Shown here piece after piece: positions 39,257 through 48,415 of a DNA stretch of 52,972 bases; within the stretch, counting starts at the first letter, position 1; each line of letters opens with the position of its first letter. Position numbers and translations under genes: made by a program. The stretch is from assembly GCA_039796015.1 (NCBI GenBank), contig JBDKKQ010000093.1, positions 1 through 52,972 of the forward strand, given 5' to 3'. Below the pieces are notes generated by a model, which was not told the origin of the DNA, did not search any database, and was given only the letters and a program-made list of their open reading frames with translations. The DNA is from Verrucomicrobiota bacterium (GTDB lineage Bacteria > Verrucomicrobiota > Verrucomicrobiia > Limisphaerales > UBA9464).

Positions 39257-39610
39257 ATGAAACACGAATACTGCCTGCTATTGCTGTTGTCGTTGGGGTT
39301 GGTGACCGCCTGCTCAAAAAAGGATCAGGACGACTCAGCTTCCGCACCGGCTGCCGAGGCACCGGCTGCTACCGAGACCACTCCGGCTGTTGCCTCAGCG
39401 CCCGCCGAGGCGGCTCCGGCTCCCGAGGCTAAGCGCAACTGGGATGCTGTAGTGGCTGAAGTGGCCCGTATCCGCGCCATGCGCCCATTGCCCGACGACA
39501 AGCGGACCCGCATGCTGCAATTGCAGGATGAGTTGATGGCGGCCTCGAATTCCGATCCGACCGCCCGGGAAGCTTGGGCCAATTTATCGCGGATTATCAA
39601 CGGCCGCTGA
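39257..39610 (+). CDS. small lipoprotein, hypothetical
   Basis: Lipobox LGLVTAC after a hydrophobic leader, then an Ala/Pro-rich linker. 117 aa. Confidence 0.62.
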   Translation: MKHEYCLLLLLSLGLVTACSKKDQDDSASAPAAEAPAATETTPAVASAPAEAAPAPEAKRNWDAVVAEVARIRAMRPLPDDKRTRMLQLQDELMAASNSDPTAREAWANLSRIINGR

Positions 39611-39638
39611 GGTCTTGTTTTTGGTCTTCTTAGAAGTC

Positions 39639-39669
39639 GGGCGTCCGGAGAACCCGGGCGCCCTTTTTT
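39639..39669 (+). terminator. intrinsic terminator after the lipoprotein gene
   Basis: GGGCGTCCGG-agaac-CCGGGCGCCC (10 bp including one G-U) followed by TTTTTT. Confidence 0.7.
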
Positions 39670-39682
39670 GTTGGTAAGCCCT

Positions 39683-41839
39683 ATGACCCGGAGGACGGTG
39701 ATCTTGTTGGCAGTGTTGCTGTCGGTGGGGGCGCTCGCTGTTTGGCGACGCGGCCCTGCGTCCACAGCGATGGTTCGGCAGCAGGACGCCCAGGCCGAGG
39801 CGGCAGCGCGCAAGTTCATGTCCCTTCGTGAGGCAGAAGAGTTGGCCGATCGTGAAGTTTGGTCACCGACCCAGCCGGCGATCCGCCTCGAGCAAGAATT
39901 GGTCTTGGGGGTGGAGCGAGCGATGGGAGCCCGCAGTCTCGACGCCGGAGTGCTGCCCAATCTGGCTCAGCAGATTTCCGCACCGGCGGGTTACTCTCTG
40001 CGTTGGATGCAGGTCCGATTGATGCGGGTCCGTCCCAATCCGCAGACCGAGGGACTCACGGCGGGATTTCTGGCCGACTTGGAGTCGGAGGTTGTCCTTG
40101 AAGCACCCGCCGACAGGAACTCCTCGCGAGTGATTTGGACCGCGCGATTCCGGGTAGAGTCGGATTGGTCCGACGGTGAGACACCTCGACTTCGCAATTA
40201 CCACCTCAGCCAGACCCCGACGGTCCAGAGCGGTGCAACGGTTTTCGAGCCCTGGGCCGACCTCTTGATTCCGACCAATGGCGTTGGGCTTTTCACCGAC
40301 CCACTGCTGAAGGAGACCACGGAGCGGGGAGTTCAATTGCATTTGGCAGGTGCGGGGGTGACGGCCGTCCGGGTTGGGGAAGGGTGGCGCTGGGAGACGG
40401 CGGACATGGGGCCGCCCGCCCAAGTAAAAGCTATCGTTCTGGCCGATTTGGACGGAGACGGAACCAATGAGGTGGTGGTCGCCAATGCCTCCGGAATTCA
40501 GGTTCGGCACCGTGATGGGTGGCGTCAGGCCTGGGTGGCCCCGGCCAAGCTCAGGCATCCGCAGTCCATCACCGCTGGTGACATCGATGGCGACGGGGAC
40601 CTCGATTTGTGGGTCACCCAATACCGGTTGCCGTTCGTCAACGGCCAGTTCCCCACACCGTACTACGATGCCAACGATGGATTCCCTTCCTACTTGTTGC
40701 GCAATGACGGTACCCAGTGGTTGGACATCACCGAGGCCTCTGGTTTGGCTCCAAAGCGTCATCGGCGCACCTACAGTGCCTCGTGGTTGGACTTCGATAG
40801 CGATGGCGACTTGGACCTCGTCAACGTGAGCGACTTCGCGGGCCTAGATCTTTATCGCAACGACGGGCGGGGTCATTTCACCGACCTGACTCCCGAACTT
40901 GGCCTGGCGCGGCATGCCTTCGGAATGGCCCATGTAGTCTGGGACGCCAATCACGACGCGTTGCCTGATCTCCTCATGGTGGGGATGGACTCCCCGGTGG
41001 CTTCGCAACTGGAGGCCTTGGGACTGGGTCGGCCCGAGTTTCCCGGACACACAGTGCATCGAGGGGCCATGACTTATGGCAATCGGCTCTTCGTCGGTTC
41101 CAGAAGTCGCGGCATGGAATTGAGTCCACTCTCTGAGGACTTGCGTCGGGCCGGTTGGGCGTGGGGGGCTGCGGTGTTGGATTGGAACAACGACGGTCGA
41201 GACGACCTTCATTTGGTCAATGGACATGAGACCTTCGAAAGCCGATCTGAGTTCGAGCGTCAGTTCTGGCAGCACGATATCTACGTCGGCGGATCAACTC
41301 CCGATCCGGCGTCGCAGCTTTACTTCATGCAGGCCAATGAGCGCCGTCGGGCCGCCCGGCAGTCCTACGGTGGGTGGCAAGCCAACCGACTGTTCACCCA
41401 GACGGTCAGGGACTCCTTCGTCGAGAATGCTTGGATCCTTGGGGTGGCAGTGACCGAGGATTGCCGCAATGTGGTGGCCGGCGATTTTGACGAAGACGGG
41501 CGGATGGATCTGGCCTTAACGACTTACGAACAATGGCCAGTGACTCGCCAGAGGCTCCTGATCTTCCGCAATCGTTCCGTCAACGACGGACACTGGATCG
41601 GGTATCGGCTGAACGCTCCGGCTCCGGGTTCCCACCTGGAAGTAACCACCCGGGAGGGCATCCGGCGTCATTGGTGGGTCAACGGAGACGGCTACCGATC
41701 CCAGTCAGATACCGAGGCCCACTTCGGGTTGGGGCATGGTTCCGAGGTCCTCAAGGCGGAGTGGGTACGCCTCGGTGGCGCTCGCCAAGAGTTGCCCCGG
41801 ACTCTCGACCGATGGCATCGGATTGGCCTCCGTCCTTGA
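39683..41839 (+). CDS. FG-GAP/VCBS repeat protein with ASPIC/UnbV C-terminal domain (CRTAC1-like)
   Basis: Repeated Ca-binding-type loops DLDGDGTNEVVV, GDIDGDGDLDLWV, DFDSDGDLDLVNV, DWNNDGRDDLHLVNG and GDFDEDGRMDLAL. UnbV_ASPIC-like end GDGYRSQSDTEAHFGLG. The ATG at 39683 is preferred because the TTG at 39668 lies inside the upstream terminator T-tract. Confidence 0.85.
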   Translation: MTRRTVILLAVLLSVGALAVWRRGPASTAMVRQQDAQAEAAARKFMSLREAEELADREVWSPTQPAIRLEQELVLGVERAMGARSLDAGVLPNLAQQISAPAGYSLRWMQVRLMRVRPNPQTEGLTAGFLADLESEVVLEAPADRNSSRVIWTARFRVESDWSDGETPRLRNYHLSQTPTVQSGATVFEPWADLLIPTNGVGLFTDPLLKETTERGVQLHLAGAGVTAVRVGEGWRWETADMGPPAQVKAIVLADLDGDGTNEVVVANASGIQVRHRDGWRQAWVAPAKLRHPQSITAGDIDGDGDLDLWVTQYRLPFVNGQFPTPYYDANDGFPSYLLRNDGTQWLDITEASGLAPKRHRRTYSASWLDFDSDGDLDLVNVSDFAGLDLYRNDGRGHFTDLTPELGLARHAFGMAHVVWDANHDALPDLLMVGMDSPVASQLEALGLGRPEFPGHTVHRGAMTYGNRLFVGSRSRGMELSPLSEDLRRAGWAWGAAVLDWNNDGRDDLHLVNGHETFESRSEFERQFWQHDIYVGGSTPDPASQLYFMQANERRRAARQSYGGWQANRLFTQTVRDSFVENAWILGVAVTEDCRNVVAGDFDEDGRMDLALTTYEQWPVTRQRLLIFRNRSVNDGHWIGYRLNAPAPGSHLEVTTREGIRRHWWVNGDGYRSQSDTEAHFGLGHGSEVLKAEWVRLGGARQELPRTLDRWHRIGLRP

Positions 41840-42061
41840 GTCTGAGGCAAACCTTTACGAGGTTCTGTTGACAATCCCATCTCGAAGCGGTCCGTAACGG
41901 GCTGGATCCGTGCTGCAAACCCAGGAAGGGGGCATTCATAGTCAAGGCGGCGATTCATGAGCTTTTTCGCTGAATGGGATTCCTATTGACCGCAAAGGCG
42001 TCTGTTGTGGACAACCTGATGGACGTGACGGATCCGATCCGGCGCGACTCCGGAAAAACAC

Positions 42062-45000
42062 ATGGCGAGAATAGTAAGGAAGGCGGGCCCTGCGATCAAA
42101 TCGGCGGCCAGTTCCAAATATGACGCGCACCACAAGGTGCTCAACACGACCTACGGCTCTTTCGCGGACTTGCGTCGCGAACTGGCCGACTCCAAGGAGA
42201 AGGTCTCCGAGCGGGAGAGCGTGCTGAAGCTCTTTGCCACCTGCATGGATCCTCAGAGGGCCTTCCTGCTGCTGGATGACTATCTCGAGAAGCTCTCCCT
42301 GAGCCGCAAGGACTTCGGTCAGTCGGAATGGTGGCCGCGGATGCAATCTTCGACGGGCAAACCCCGTCTGGAGGAAGTGGCCATGCTGTTCCTGCGAAAC
42401 AATCGGTCGTTGCCGACCGAATTGCTCCAGTACGCCAACTTCGAAAAGTTTGCGGCCGTCGAACAGACTGAGAAGGAGACCGGCTTCGTTCAGGAGTTGG
42501 AGAACTGGCTCTTCCCTCCCAACCACACGCATCTGGACTCGCCGCGTGCGGCCCTGCGGGTCGTTTGTGAGCCGAAGCGGGAAGACGAGAACTCCAATCA
42601 GTGGCGTCTGGCCGTCCATTTCTTTTTGTTCCGTTCCCGCTCCGGCGAGAAAGAGCGCTTTGTTTCGGACCTGTGCGACCTGCGCACTCGTGCGGCTCAC
42701 GAAGCCGAACTCTTCCCGGCCGAAGACTGGCAGGTGATCGACTGGTTGCATGGGCACTGGTCGGAGAAGGTGCCCGAAGGGGAGGTTATGCTACTCGACG
42801 GCCCAGACTTGCTGACCTGGCTTGCCAAGTGGGGCCACGGACTGCGGCTCGAGCTGCTGGGTAAGGCGACCAACATTGATTTTGTGGGACGGGTGGCCGA
42901 ATTGAAGCCGCGACTGGAGACCATTGAAGGCGAGATGAGTTTTACTCACGTGCTGTCATTGCCCAATGGGGTGAACCAGCCCTTGCCGGAATGTCAGTTC
43001 TTTGTCGGAGAGCCTCCGCTCGTGTTGGTGGGCAACGAGTTCTTCGTCTTGCGCCATGCGCCTCCGGCCACACTGCTGGGCCCATGGGCTCAGCGTCCGG
43101 TGGTGCCGGTGAAGCGGTTATCTCAGCGCCTGCTCACCGAATTGCGCCGCACTCAGGCCAAGGAGCAACCCAACGCCAACTGGAGCGAGTTGTGCGAGAC
43201 CCACTCGGCCCGCCCTCAGTTCACCTTCGAACTCGCCGACGAGGTGGTCCGTGTCCGTCTCTTAGCCATCAGTGAAAAGGACGCTTCCGAGTGGCAATGG
43301 AACGGCCACGAATGGACTCGGGTGGTGGAGCGCCAGGGAACCGAGAACCGTCCGGAACTCCTCGACGATGTTCGGCTGCTGCCGGCGATCCATTGGCTAC
43401 AGCAGGCCGATTGGTTTACTCCAGAGCCAGGTCTTTGGGTGCTCGATGCCAATGAGAACTGCCTTTCTCAGTTGGCCACGGCGTGGTTCGACCGCCCCAA
43501 GGAGGCCGACTACTTGGGCAACCCCAGCTTCCAGCGACTCTTCCTGAACCGGCGACTCGTGAAGCCCAAGCTGGTGCTCAAGGGTTCCGGTATCGACTGG
43601 TTGTCGGTGAGCGCCGAATGGGAGGCCGAGGGCATGAAGCTCTCTAAGGCTGACTTGGAACGACTGGCCGCGGCCACCTCGCGCTTCGTCAAGCTGCCCG
43701 ACGGCGGCTGGGTGGAGTTGGACATCGACGCCAACCGCAAGGCTCATGAGATGGCAGCCACTCTGGGACTCGAAGGGCTCTCGGCGGACGCCCAGAAAAC
43801 GTCCTTGGTCCACGCGACTCAGTTGGATGAAACAACCTTGGATGCCCTTGGAGCCAACAAGGTGGTTGCCGAATTGCGGGCCAAGTTGGCCAATTTCAAG
43901 GGGGTGCCCGAGACGAAATTGCCGGCAAGTATTTGCGCCGAGCTGCGACCTTATCAGCAGGAGGGGTTCAACTTTTTGGCCAACCTCACCCGGCTTCGTC
44001 TGGGTGGTATTCTGGCGGACGACATGGGCTTGGGTAAAACCCTCCAAACCTTGGCTTGGCTCACCTGGCTGCATGAGAATGCCGCTAAAAAAGACAAAAA
44101 ACCGTCGTTGGTCCTGTGTCCGGCCTCGGTACTGCACAACTGGCGTCGTGAGGCCGAGAAGTTTGCCCCGAACCTTAAGGTGCTGGTGCTTCAGTCGGGC
44201 CAGCAGCGACACAATTTGCGCAAGCAAATCCCCGACGCCGATATCGTGGTCACCAACTACGCCATCCTCCGCCGAGACTTGGAAGAGTTGGGCAAGTTCC
44301 ACTTCCGCGCCCTGGTACTCGACGAGGCTCAATTCATCAAGAACCCGACGGCTCAGGTGACGGTTGCTGTGAAGGAAATCGAGGCCGATCACCGTTTGGC
44401 ACTCACGGGTACTCCGCTGGAAAACCGCATGCTCGACCTCTGGTCGATCGTCGACTTCTCGCAGCCGGGATACTTGGGCAACCAGCAGAACTTCAATGAA
44501 GTCTACGAGGCCAAGGGTGATGGCCCCGAATGGGATGGCTCAGCCAAGCGCCGTCGCCTGAGTGCCAAGCTACGCCCGATCATGCTGCGCCGCCTTAAGA
44601 AGCAGGTGGCTAAAGACCTACCCGACCGCATCGAGGAGCGCCGCGACTGCGAATTGGACGACGATCAGCGCAAGCTGTACCTGGCCGAGCTGCGCCGCAG
44701 CCGCGAGCAGGTTATGAAGACCATGCAGGAGAAGGGTGTGGCCAAGTCCAAGATGCACGTCTTGGCGGCGCTCACCCGCCTGCGCCAGATCTGCTGCCAT
44801 CCAAGGCTCGTCGGCAACGACTGCGTTTCGGGCAAGACCGAGACGCTCTTCGAGCTGCTCGAGCCCATCTTGGCTTCCGGCAACAAGATCCTGCTCTTCT
44901 CCCAGTTCGTGGAGATGCTGAAGCTCCTCGAGGCCGCCTGCCGTGAGCGGGGGATCAAGACTCACATCCTGACCGGCGAGACCAAGGCGCGTATGGAGGT

Positions 45001-45337
45001 GGTCAATGCCTTCCAAGCCGATCCGGATCCCTGCGTGTTCCTCTTGTCGCTCCGCGCGGCGGGCACGGGGCTGAACCTCACCAACGCCAGTTATGTGGTG
45101 TTGTACGATCCGTGGTGGAACCCGGCCGTCGAGGCGCAGGCCATCGACCGCTCGCACCGCATCGGTCAGACTCAGACCGTGATGGCCTATCGGTTGATCA
45201 CTCCGGGTACCGTGGAGGAAAAAATCTGGGACCTCCAGCAGCGCAAGTCGGCCACCATCGCCGACGTGCTCGGCGAGGAAGGGTTCGCCAGCAACCTGTC
45301 GAAGGACGACCTCGAGTACCTCTTCAGCGAGGACTAA
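42062..45337 (+). CDS. SNF2-family helicase with a long bacterial SNF2-associated N-terminal region
   Basis: LRPYQQEGFNFL, motif I DDMGLGKT, motif II DEAQFIKN, LTGTPLENR, and C-terminal helicase motifs (LLSLRAAGTGLNLT, QAIDRSHRIGQ). About 600 aa lie N-terminal to the ATPase. Confidence 0.92.
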   Translation: MARIVRKAGPAIKSAASSKYDAHHKVLNTTYGSFADLRRELADSKEKVSERESVLKLFATCMDPQRAFLLLDDYLEKLSLSRKDFGQSEWWPRMQSSTGKPRLEEVAMLFLRNNRSLPTELLQYANFEKFAAVEQTEKETGFVQELENWLFPPNHTHLDSPRAALRVVCEPKREDENSNQWRLAVHFFLFRSRSGEKERFVSDLCDLRTRAAHEAELFPAEDWQVIDWLHGHWSEKVPEGEVMLLDGPDLLTWLAKWGHGLRLELLGKATNIDFVGRVAELKPRLETIEGEMSFTHVLSLPNGVNQPLPECQFFVGEPPLVLVGNEFFVLRHAPPATLLGPWAQRPVVPVKRLSQRLLTELRRTQAKEQPNANWSELCETHSARPQFTFELADEVVRVRLLAISEKDASEWQWNGHEWTRVVERQGTENRPELLDDVRLLPAIHWLQQADWFTPEPGLWVLDANENCLSQLATAWFDRPKEADYLGNPSFQRLFLNRRLVKPKLVLKGSGIDWLSVSAEWEAEGMKLSKADLERLAAATSRFVKLPDGGWVELDIDANRKAHEMAATLGLEGLSADAQKTSLVHATQLDETTLDALGANKVVAELRAKLANFKGVPETKLPASICAELRPYQQEGFNFLANLTRLRLGGILADDMGLGKTLQTLAWLTWLHENAAKKDKKPSLVLCPASVLHNWRREAEKFAPNLKVLVLQSGQQRHNLRKQIPDADIVVTNYAILRRDLEELGKFHFRALVLDEAQFIKNPTAQVTVAVKEIEADHRLALTGTPLENRMLDLWSIVDFSQPGYLGNQQNFNEVYEAKGDGPEWDGSAKRRRLSAKLRPIMLRRLKKQVAKDLPDRIEERRDCELDDDQRKLYLAELRRSREQVMKTMQEKGVAKSKMHVLAALTRLRQICCHPRLVGNDCVSGKTETLFELLEPILASGNKILLFSQFVEMLKLLEAACRERGIKTHILTGETKARMEVVNAFQADPDPCVFLLSLRAAGTGLNLTNASYVVLYDPWWNPAVEAQAIDRSHRIGQTQTVMAYRLITPGTVEEKIWDLQQRKSATIADVLGEEGFASNLSKDDLEYLFSED

Positions 45338-45363
45338 TCGGAGGTTTGTTTGGAAAGCATCGG

Positions 45364-45398
45364 GGCCGTGCGGGCCGTTTTAAACGGATCGCACGGCC
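45364..45398. terminator. hairpin between convergent SNF2 and CotH genes (possible bidirectional terminator)
   Basis: 9-bp stem GGCCGTGCG / CGCACGGCC enclosing a smaller CCGTT..AACGG stem. There is no strong T-tract. Confidence 0.4.
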
Positions 45399-45518
45399 TC
45401 AATCGTTTGCAGCAGGCCAAGGCCCTTGGTTTGTTCTTGAGACTGGGGAGGGGCCGTGAAGCCGATCCCGGTCTTAGAGCCTGTCTGAAAATGGGGAGGG
45501 GTCCTGCGGCTGGGCCTG

Positions 45519-46976
45519 TTAGGGTTCGTAAAGTCCGGCCTCGCGGAGTTGCGCCTTGAAGGCCTCCACACGCGCCGGGAAATACCGCTGGACGATGCGT
45601 TCGACCTCCGGCTTCCAATGCCCCTCGACCGTGTAGGTTTCGAAGGATCCCTCCTTGTAGCGATGAATTCGGTTCCGGTAATCGCCCCACCGCAGGGCCT
45701 CCGCAAATAAGGCCGGTTCCAAATGTTTGGCCATCGAGCGGTATCGGGCGGCCGCGGCGTCGGCCGAAAGAGCGGCCCCCGGGGCCATGTGCTTTCTGGC
45801 TCGGGTTGCGAACTCACGGCAGAAGTTCGGAGACTGGCGGAGCTTTTGAAAAATGCGGGTCGGCGATTGGTCGTCGTCGTCCTTCAGGCGATTGTCCTGA
45901 GGGTCTTCGAGGGTTCGCTCCCCGTCCCAAACTAGAAACTGCCATAGACCCGGAGGATTCCGACGTCGGGCCGCGTACCAATTGGATGAGCGGTCCCAAT
46001 CGCCGTTGGCGCCGTACAGGTTCAGCAGCATGAAATCAATGAAGGCAGGTACATCTAACTCGGCGCGGAGGGCCTTCTCAGTCACCTCATTGGTAATGCC
46101 TGCGTTGATCAACCGCATCAACCGATCCCAGGCGATGGTGTCGCCGGAGAGCACCTTGTCGGCGTTGCGTGCATCGTAATCGACGCTTCGCCCGCCCCAG
46201 GTCCGGGCTGCGAAGCCAGCGTCCGGGCGTTCGCACAAATCGTAGATGCCCCAATAGAGGCCATTGAGATGCAAATGCACGGGGCGGCTGCGGGAGGCTG
46301 AATGACCCATCACGGAATAGGTCGCCCGCATCCAAGGGTCTCGCAGGTAGTCGGCGCTCCGACGTTCTTTTCCGTCCCAGTGCAGCCAGGAGTGATTGTT
46401 GCCGGCGCGGAGAATGAACTGATCAAGGCTCCCCTCTTGCCCGGGGAACAATGCGTTTTTGAGGGACGGCAGCCCATAGCGGGAACGGAAGACGACCCGG
46501 AAGGAATGCTTCGGTGATTCCTTGGGACGGCGATTCCATCCCCCCTGAATCCTCAGACCGGCCTGAACTTGAAAACCCGGGCCGCGGGGGGAAGTCCGAA
46601 AGGTGAGTTGGACCGGCCGTTCCCAGGCGTCCCCGGATTCTTGGGTATGCCGGTAGAGCCCCCGCTCCTCGCCATAAAGATCTTCGTTCTTCAGGTTCAA
46701 AAACAGATGGGGAAGGGCCTCGAGGGCCTCTTGCAGTCGTTGTTCAGTTTTGGCCGCCCCATCGGCCGGCACCGACATCCGGTACCAGGCAGGTGCTTCC
46801 CAGCCGTCTTCGCGCCCCCAAATTGTAGGCAATCCTGCTCCGTCTTGCCGCAGGATCTCAGCGACCGAGAACACCGAGGTTGGCGGGGGAGTAGGAGGCG
46901 CCTCGGCCCCGGACCGCAGTACGAGAACAACTGCGAAGAGAATCAGGGAGAGAAGATCGCGGAGGTATCGGCGCAC
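45519..46976 (-). CDS. CotH kinase family protein, secreted
   Basis: Signal-like N-terminus. CotH-like blocks FILRAGNNHSW, DYLRDPWMRATY, LNGLYWGIYDLCERPD and NLYGANGDWDRSSNWYAARRR. GTG start. Confidence 0.82.
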   Translation of the reverse strand: MRRYLRDLLSLILFAVVLVLRSGAEAPPTPPPTSVFSVAEILRQDGAGLPTIWGREDGWEAPAWYRMSVPADGAAKTEQRLQEALEALPHLFLNLKNEDLYGEERGLYRHTQESGDAWERPVQLTFRTSPRGPGFQVQAGLRIQGGWNRRPKESPKHSFRVVFRSRYGLPSLKNALFPGQEGSLDQFILRAGNNHSWLHWDGKERRSADYLRDPWMRATYSVMGHSASRSRPVHLHLNGLYWGIYDLCERPDAGFAARTWGGRSVDYDARNADKVLSGDTIAWDRLMRLINAGITNEVTEKALRAELDVPAFIDFMLLNLYGANGDWDRSSNWYAARRRNPPGLWQFLVWDGERTLEDPQDNRLKDDDDQSPTRIFQKLRQSPNFCREFATRARKHMAPGAALSADAAAARYRSMAKHLEPALFAEALRWGDYRNRIHRYKEGSFETYTVEGHWKPEVERIVQRYFPARVEAFKAQLREAGLYEP

Positions 46977-47165
46977 GAAAAAAACGTGGGCTGCTTCTGG
47001 CTGAAAGGCACGCGTCGAACGGCCATAAAGATCTCAGCCTGTTGCCTCAAAACTTTTGATCCACTGGGGGATTGGCGTGGCGGAGGGGCATGAGGTCGTT
47101 GCCCCCCAAAGGGTGACACCGGCTAAGAGACGGGATACCGATGGATCCATCGAGCTCCCTGGAAA

Positions 47166-47418
47166 GGACCGATCTCCGAGCGGTCCATGTCTGCGGTGGT
47201 CCATTTCTGCGGACGTTGGCGCTTTCAGAGAGGTCTCCCCACCTCGGAGGTTCCCGGGTAAGGCTGAGTTTGTGGTAGGACTCCTGGCTGTAGCCCAATA
47301 ACCTCCGAGGTAGGGACCGATCTCCGAGCGGTCCGTCTGAGGGCGCTGGAAACCCTGGAGACTAGCGACCGCAGTTTGGGCCTGGGCCTGGCGCTTTCAG
47401 AAAGATCTCTCCCCACCT
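47166..47418. repeat. duplicated bipartite repeat (21-nt palindromic hairpin + ~28-30-nt box) with an intervening 11-bp inverted repeat
   Basis: Hairpin GGACCGATCTCCGAGCGGTCC occurs at 47166-47186 and 47314-47334 (identical). Box TGGCGCTTTCAGA(G/A)AG(-/A)(G/T)TCTC(-/T)CCCCACCT occurs at 47217-47244 and 47389-47418. ACCTCGGAGGT at 47241-47251 is the exact reverse complement of ACCTCCGAGGT at 47301-47311. Confidence 0.75.
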
Positions 47419-47497
47419 AGGGAGCTTGTCGGAGGTGTTGCGAGTCGGTCGGCGATTGCCTCGACAGGGGGCAGGGTGGGGGCGAGTTTCTACTCGT

Positions 47498-48376
47498 ATG
47501 ACCGTTCGGGACACCTTGTCGTGGATCACCCAGACGCTTCAATCTGCCGGCATCGAGTCCGGAGAAATCGAGGCGTGCTGGATGCTGTGGCAATTGACCG
47601 GTTCCAGTCCGGTTCAGTTGCGTTTGCGGGGTGACGTATTGGTTTCTCGCGAGCACCGCCAACAGTTGGAGACTTGGGTGCAACGCCGCTGCCAGCGGGA
47701 ACCGCTGCAACACATCTTGGGCACGGCTCCGTTTCTCGAATGGGAGATTGAAGTCTCCGGTGATGTTCTGGTGCCAAGGCCCGAGACCGAGGTACTGGCC
47801 TTGAAGGCTCGGGATTGGCTTCGACAGCGGGCCGGTGGCATTGCGGGTCGCGCCTTGAAGGCCCTCGATATCGGCACGGGATCTGGTTGCCTGGCGATGG
47901 CCCTGGCCGGCATTCCAGGGGTATCCGTCCAAGCGATCGATGTATCGGAAGCGGCTTTGCGAATCGCCCGATCCAATGCGGCCCGGCTTGGATTCAACGA
48001 CATTGATTTTTTACATCGCGACCTGAGGAGTCTTGGCGCGACTGAGTTCCAGAATTTGGACCTGATCGTGTCCAACCCCCCGTACATTCCCACCGACGAA
48101 ATCTCCCGATTGGATCCCGAGGTGCGCGACCACGATCCCCGACTGGCCTTGGACGGTGGGGCCGATGGTTTGGAGTTCTACCGCATCCTAGCCAAGTTGG
48201 GTCAGCAGTGGTTGAGCGCCTCGGGCTGTCTCCTGTTGGAGTTCGGGGACGGGCAGGCGCCGGCCCTGATCCGGCTCTTTACCGAAGAGGGTTGGGGCGA
48301 GATTTCAGCAGAGAAAGACTTGAGCGAGCGCGAGCGGATTCTCATCGTCTACCCATCGGCCGCCCGTGCGATCTGA
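47498..48376 (+). CDS. prmC: release factor glutamine N5-methyltransferase
   Basis: HemK/PrmC layout: PLQHILG, LVPRPETE, DIGTGSGC and the catalytic NPPY in VSNPPYIP. The ATG at 47498 is preferred over the ORF-track start at 47426. Confidence 0.9.
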   Translation: MTVRDTLSWITQTLQSAGIESGEIEACWMLWQLTGSSPVQLRLRGDVLVSREHRQQLETWVQRRCQREPLQHILGTAPFLEWEIEVSGDVLVPRPETEVLALKARDWLRQRAGGIAGRALKALDIGTGSGCLAMALAGIPGVSVQAIDVSEAALRIARSNAARLGFNDIDFLHRDLRSLGATEFQNLDLIVSNPPYIPTDEISRLDPEVRDHDPRLALDGGADGLEFYRILAKLGQQWLSASGCLLLEFGDGQAPALIRLFTEEGWGEISAEKDLSERERILIVYPSAARAI

Positions 48377-48415
48377 ATCCACCAACCCACGCGGGCATCT
48401 CCGGTTCCTCAATCC

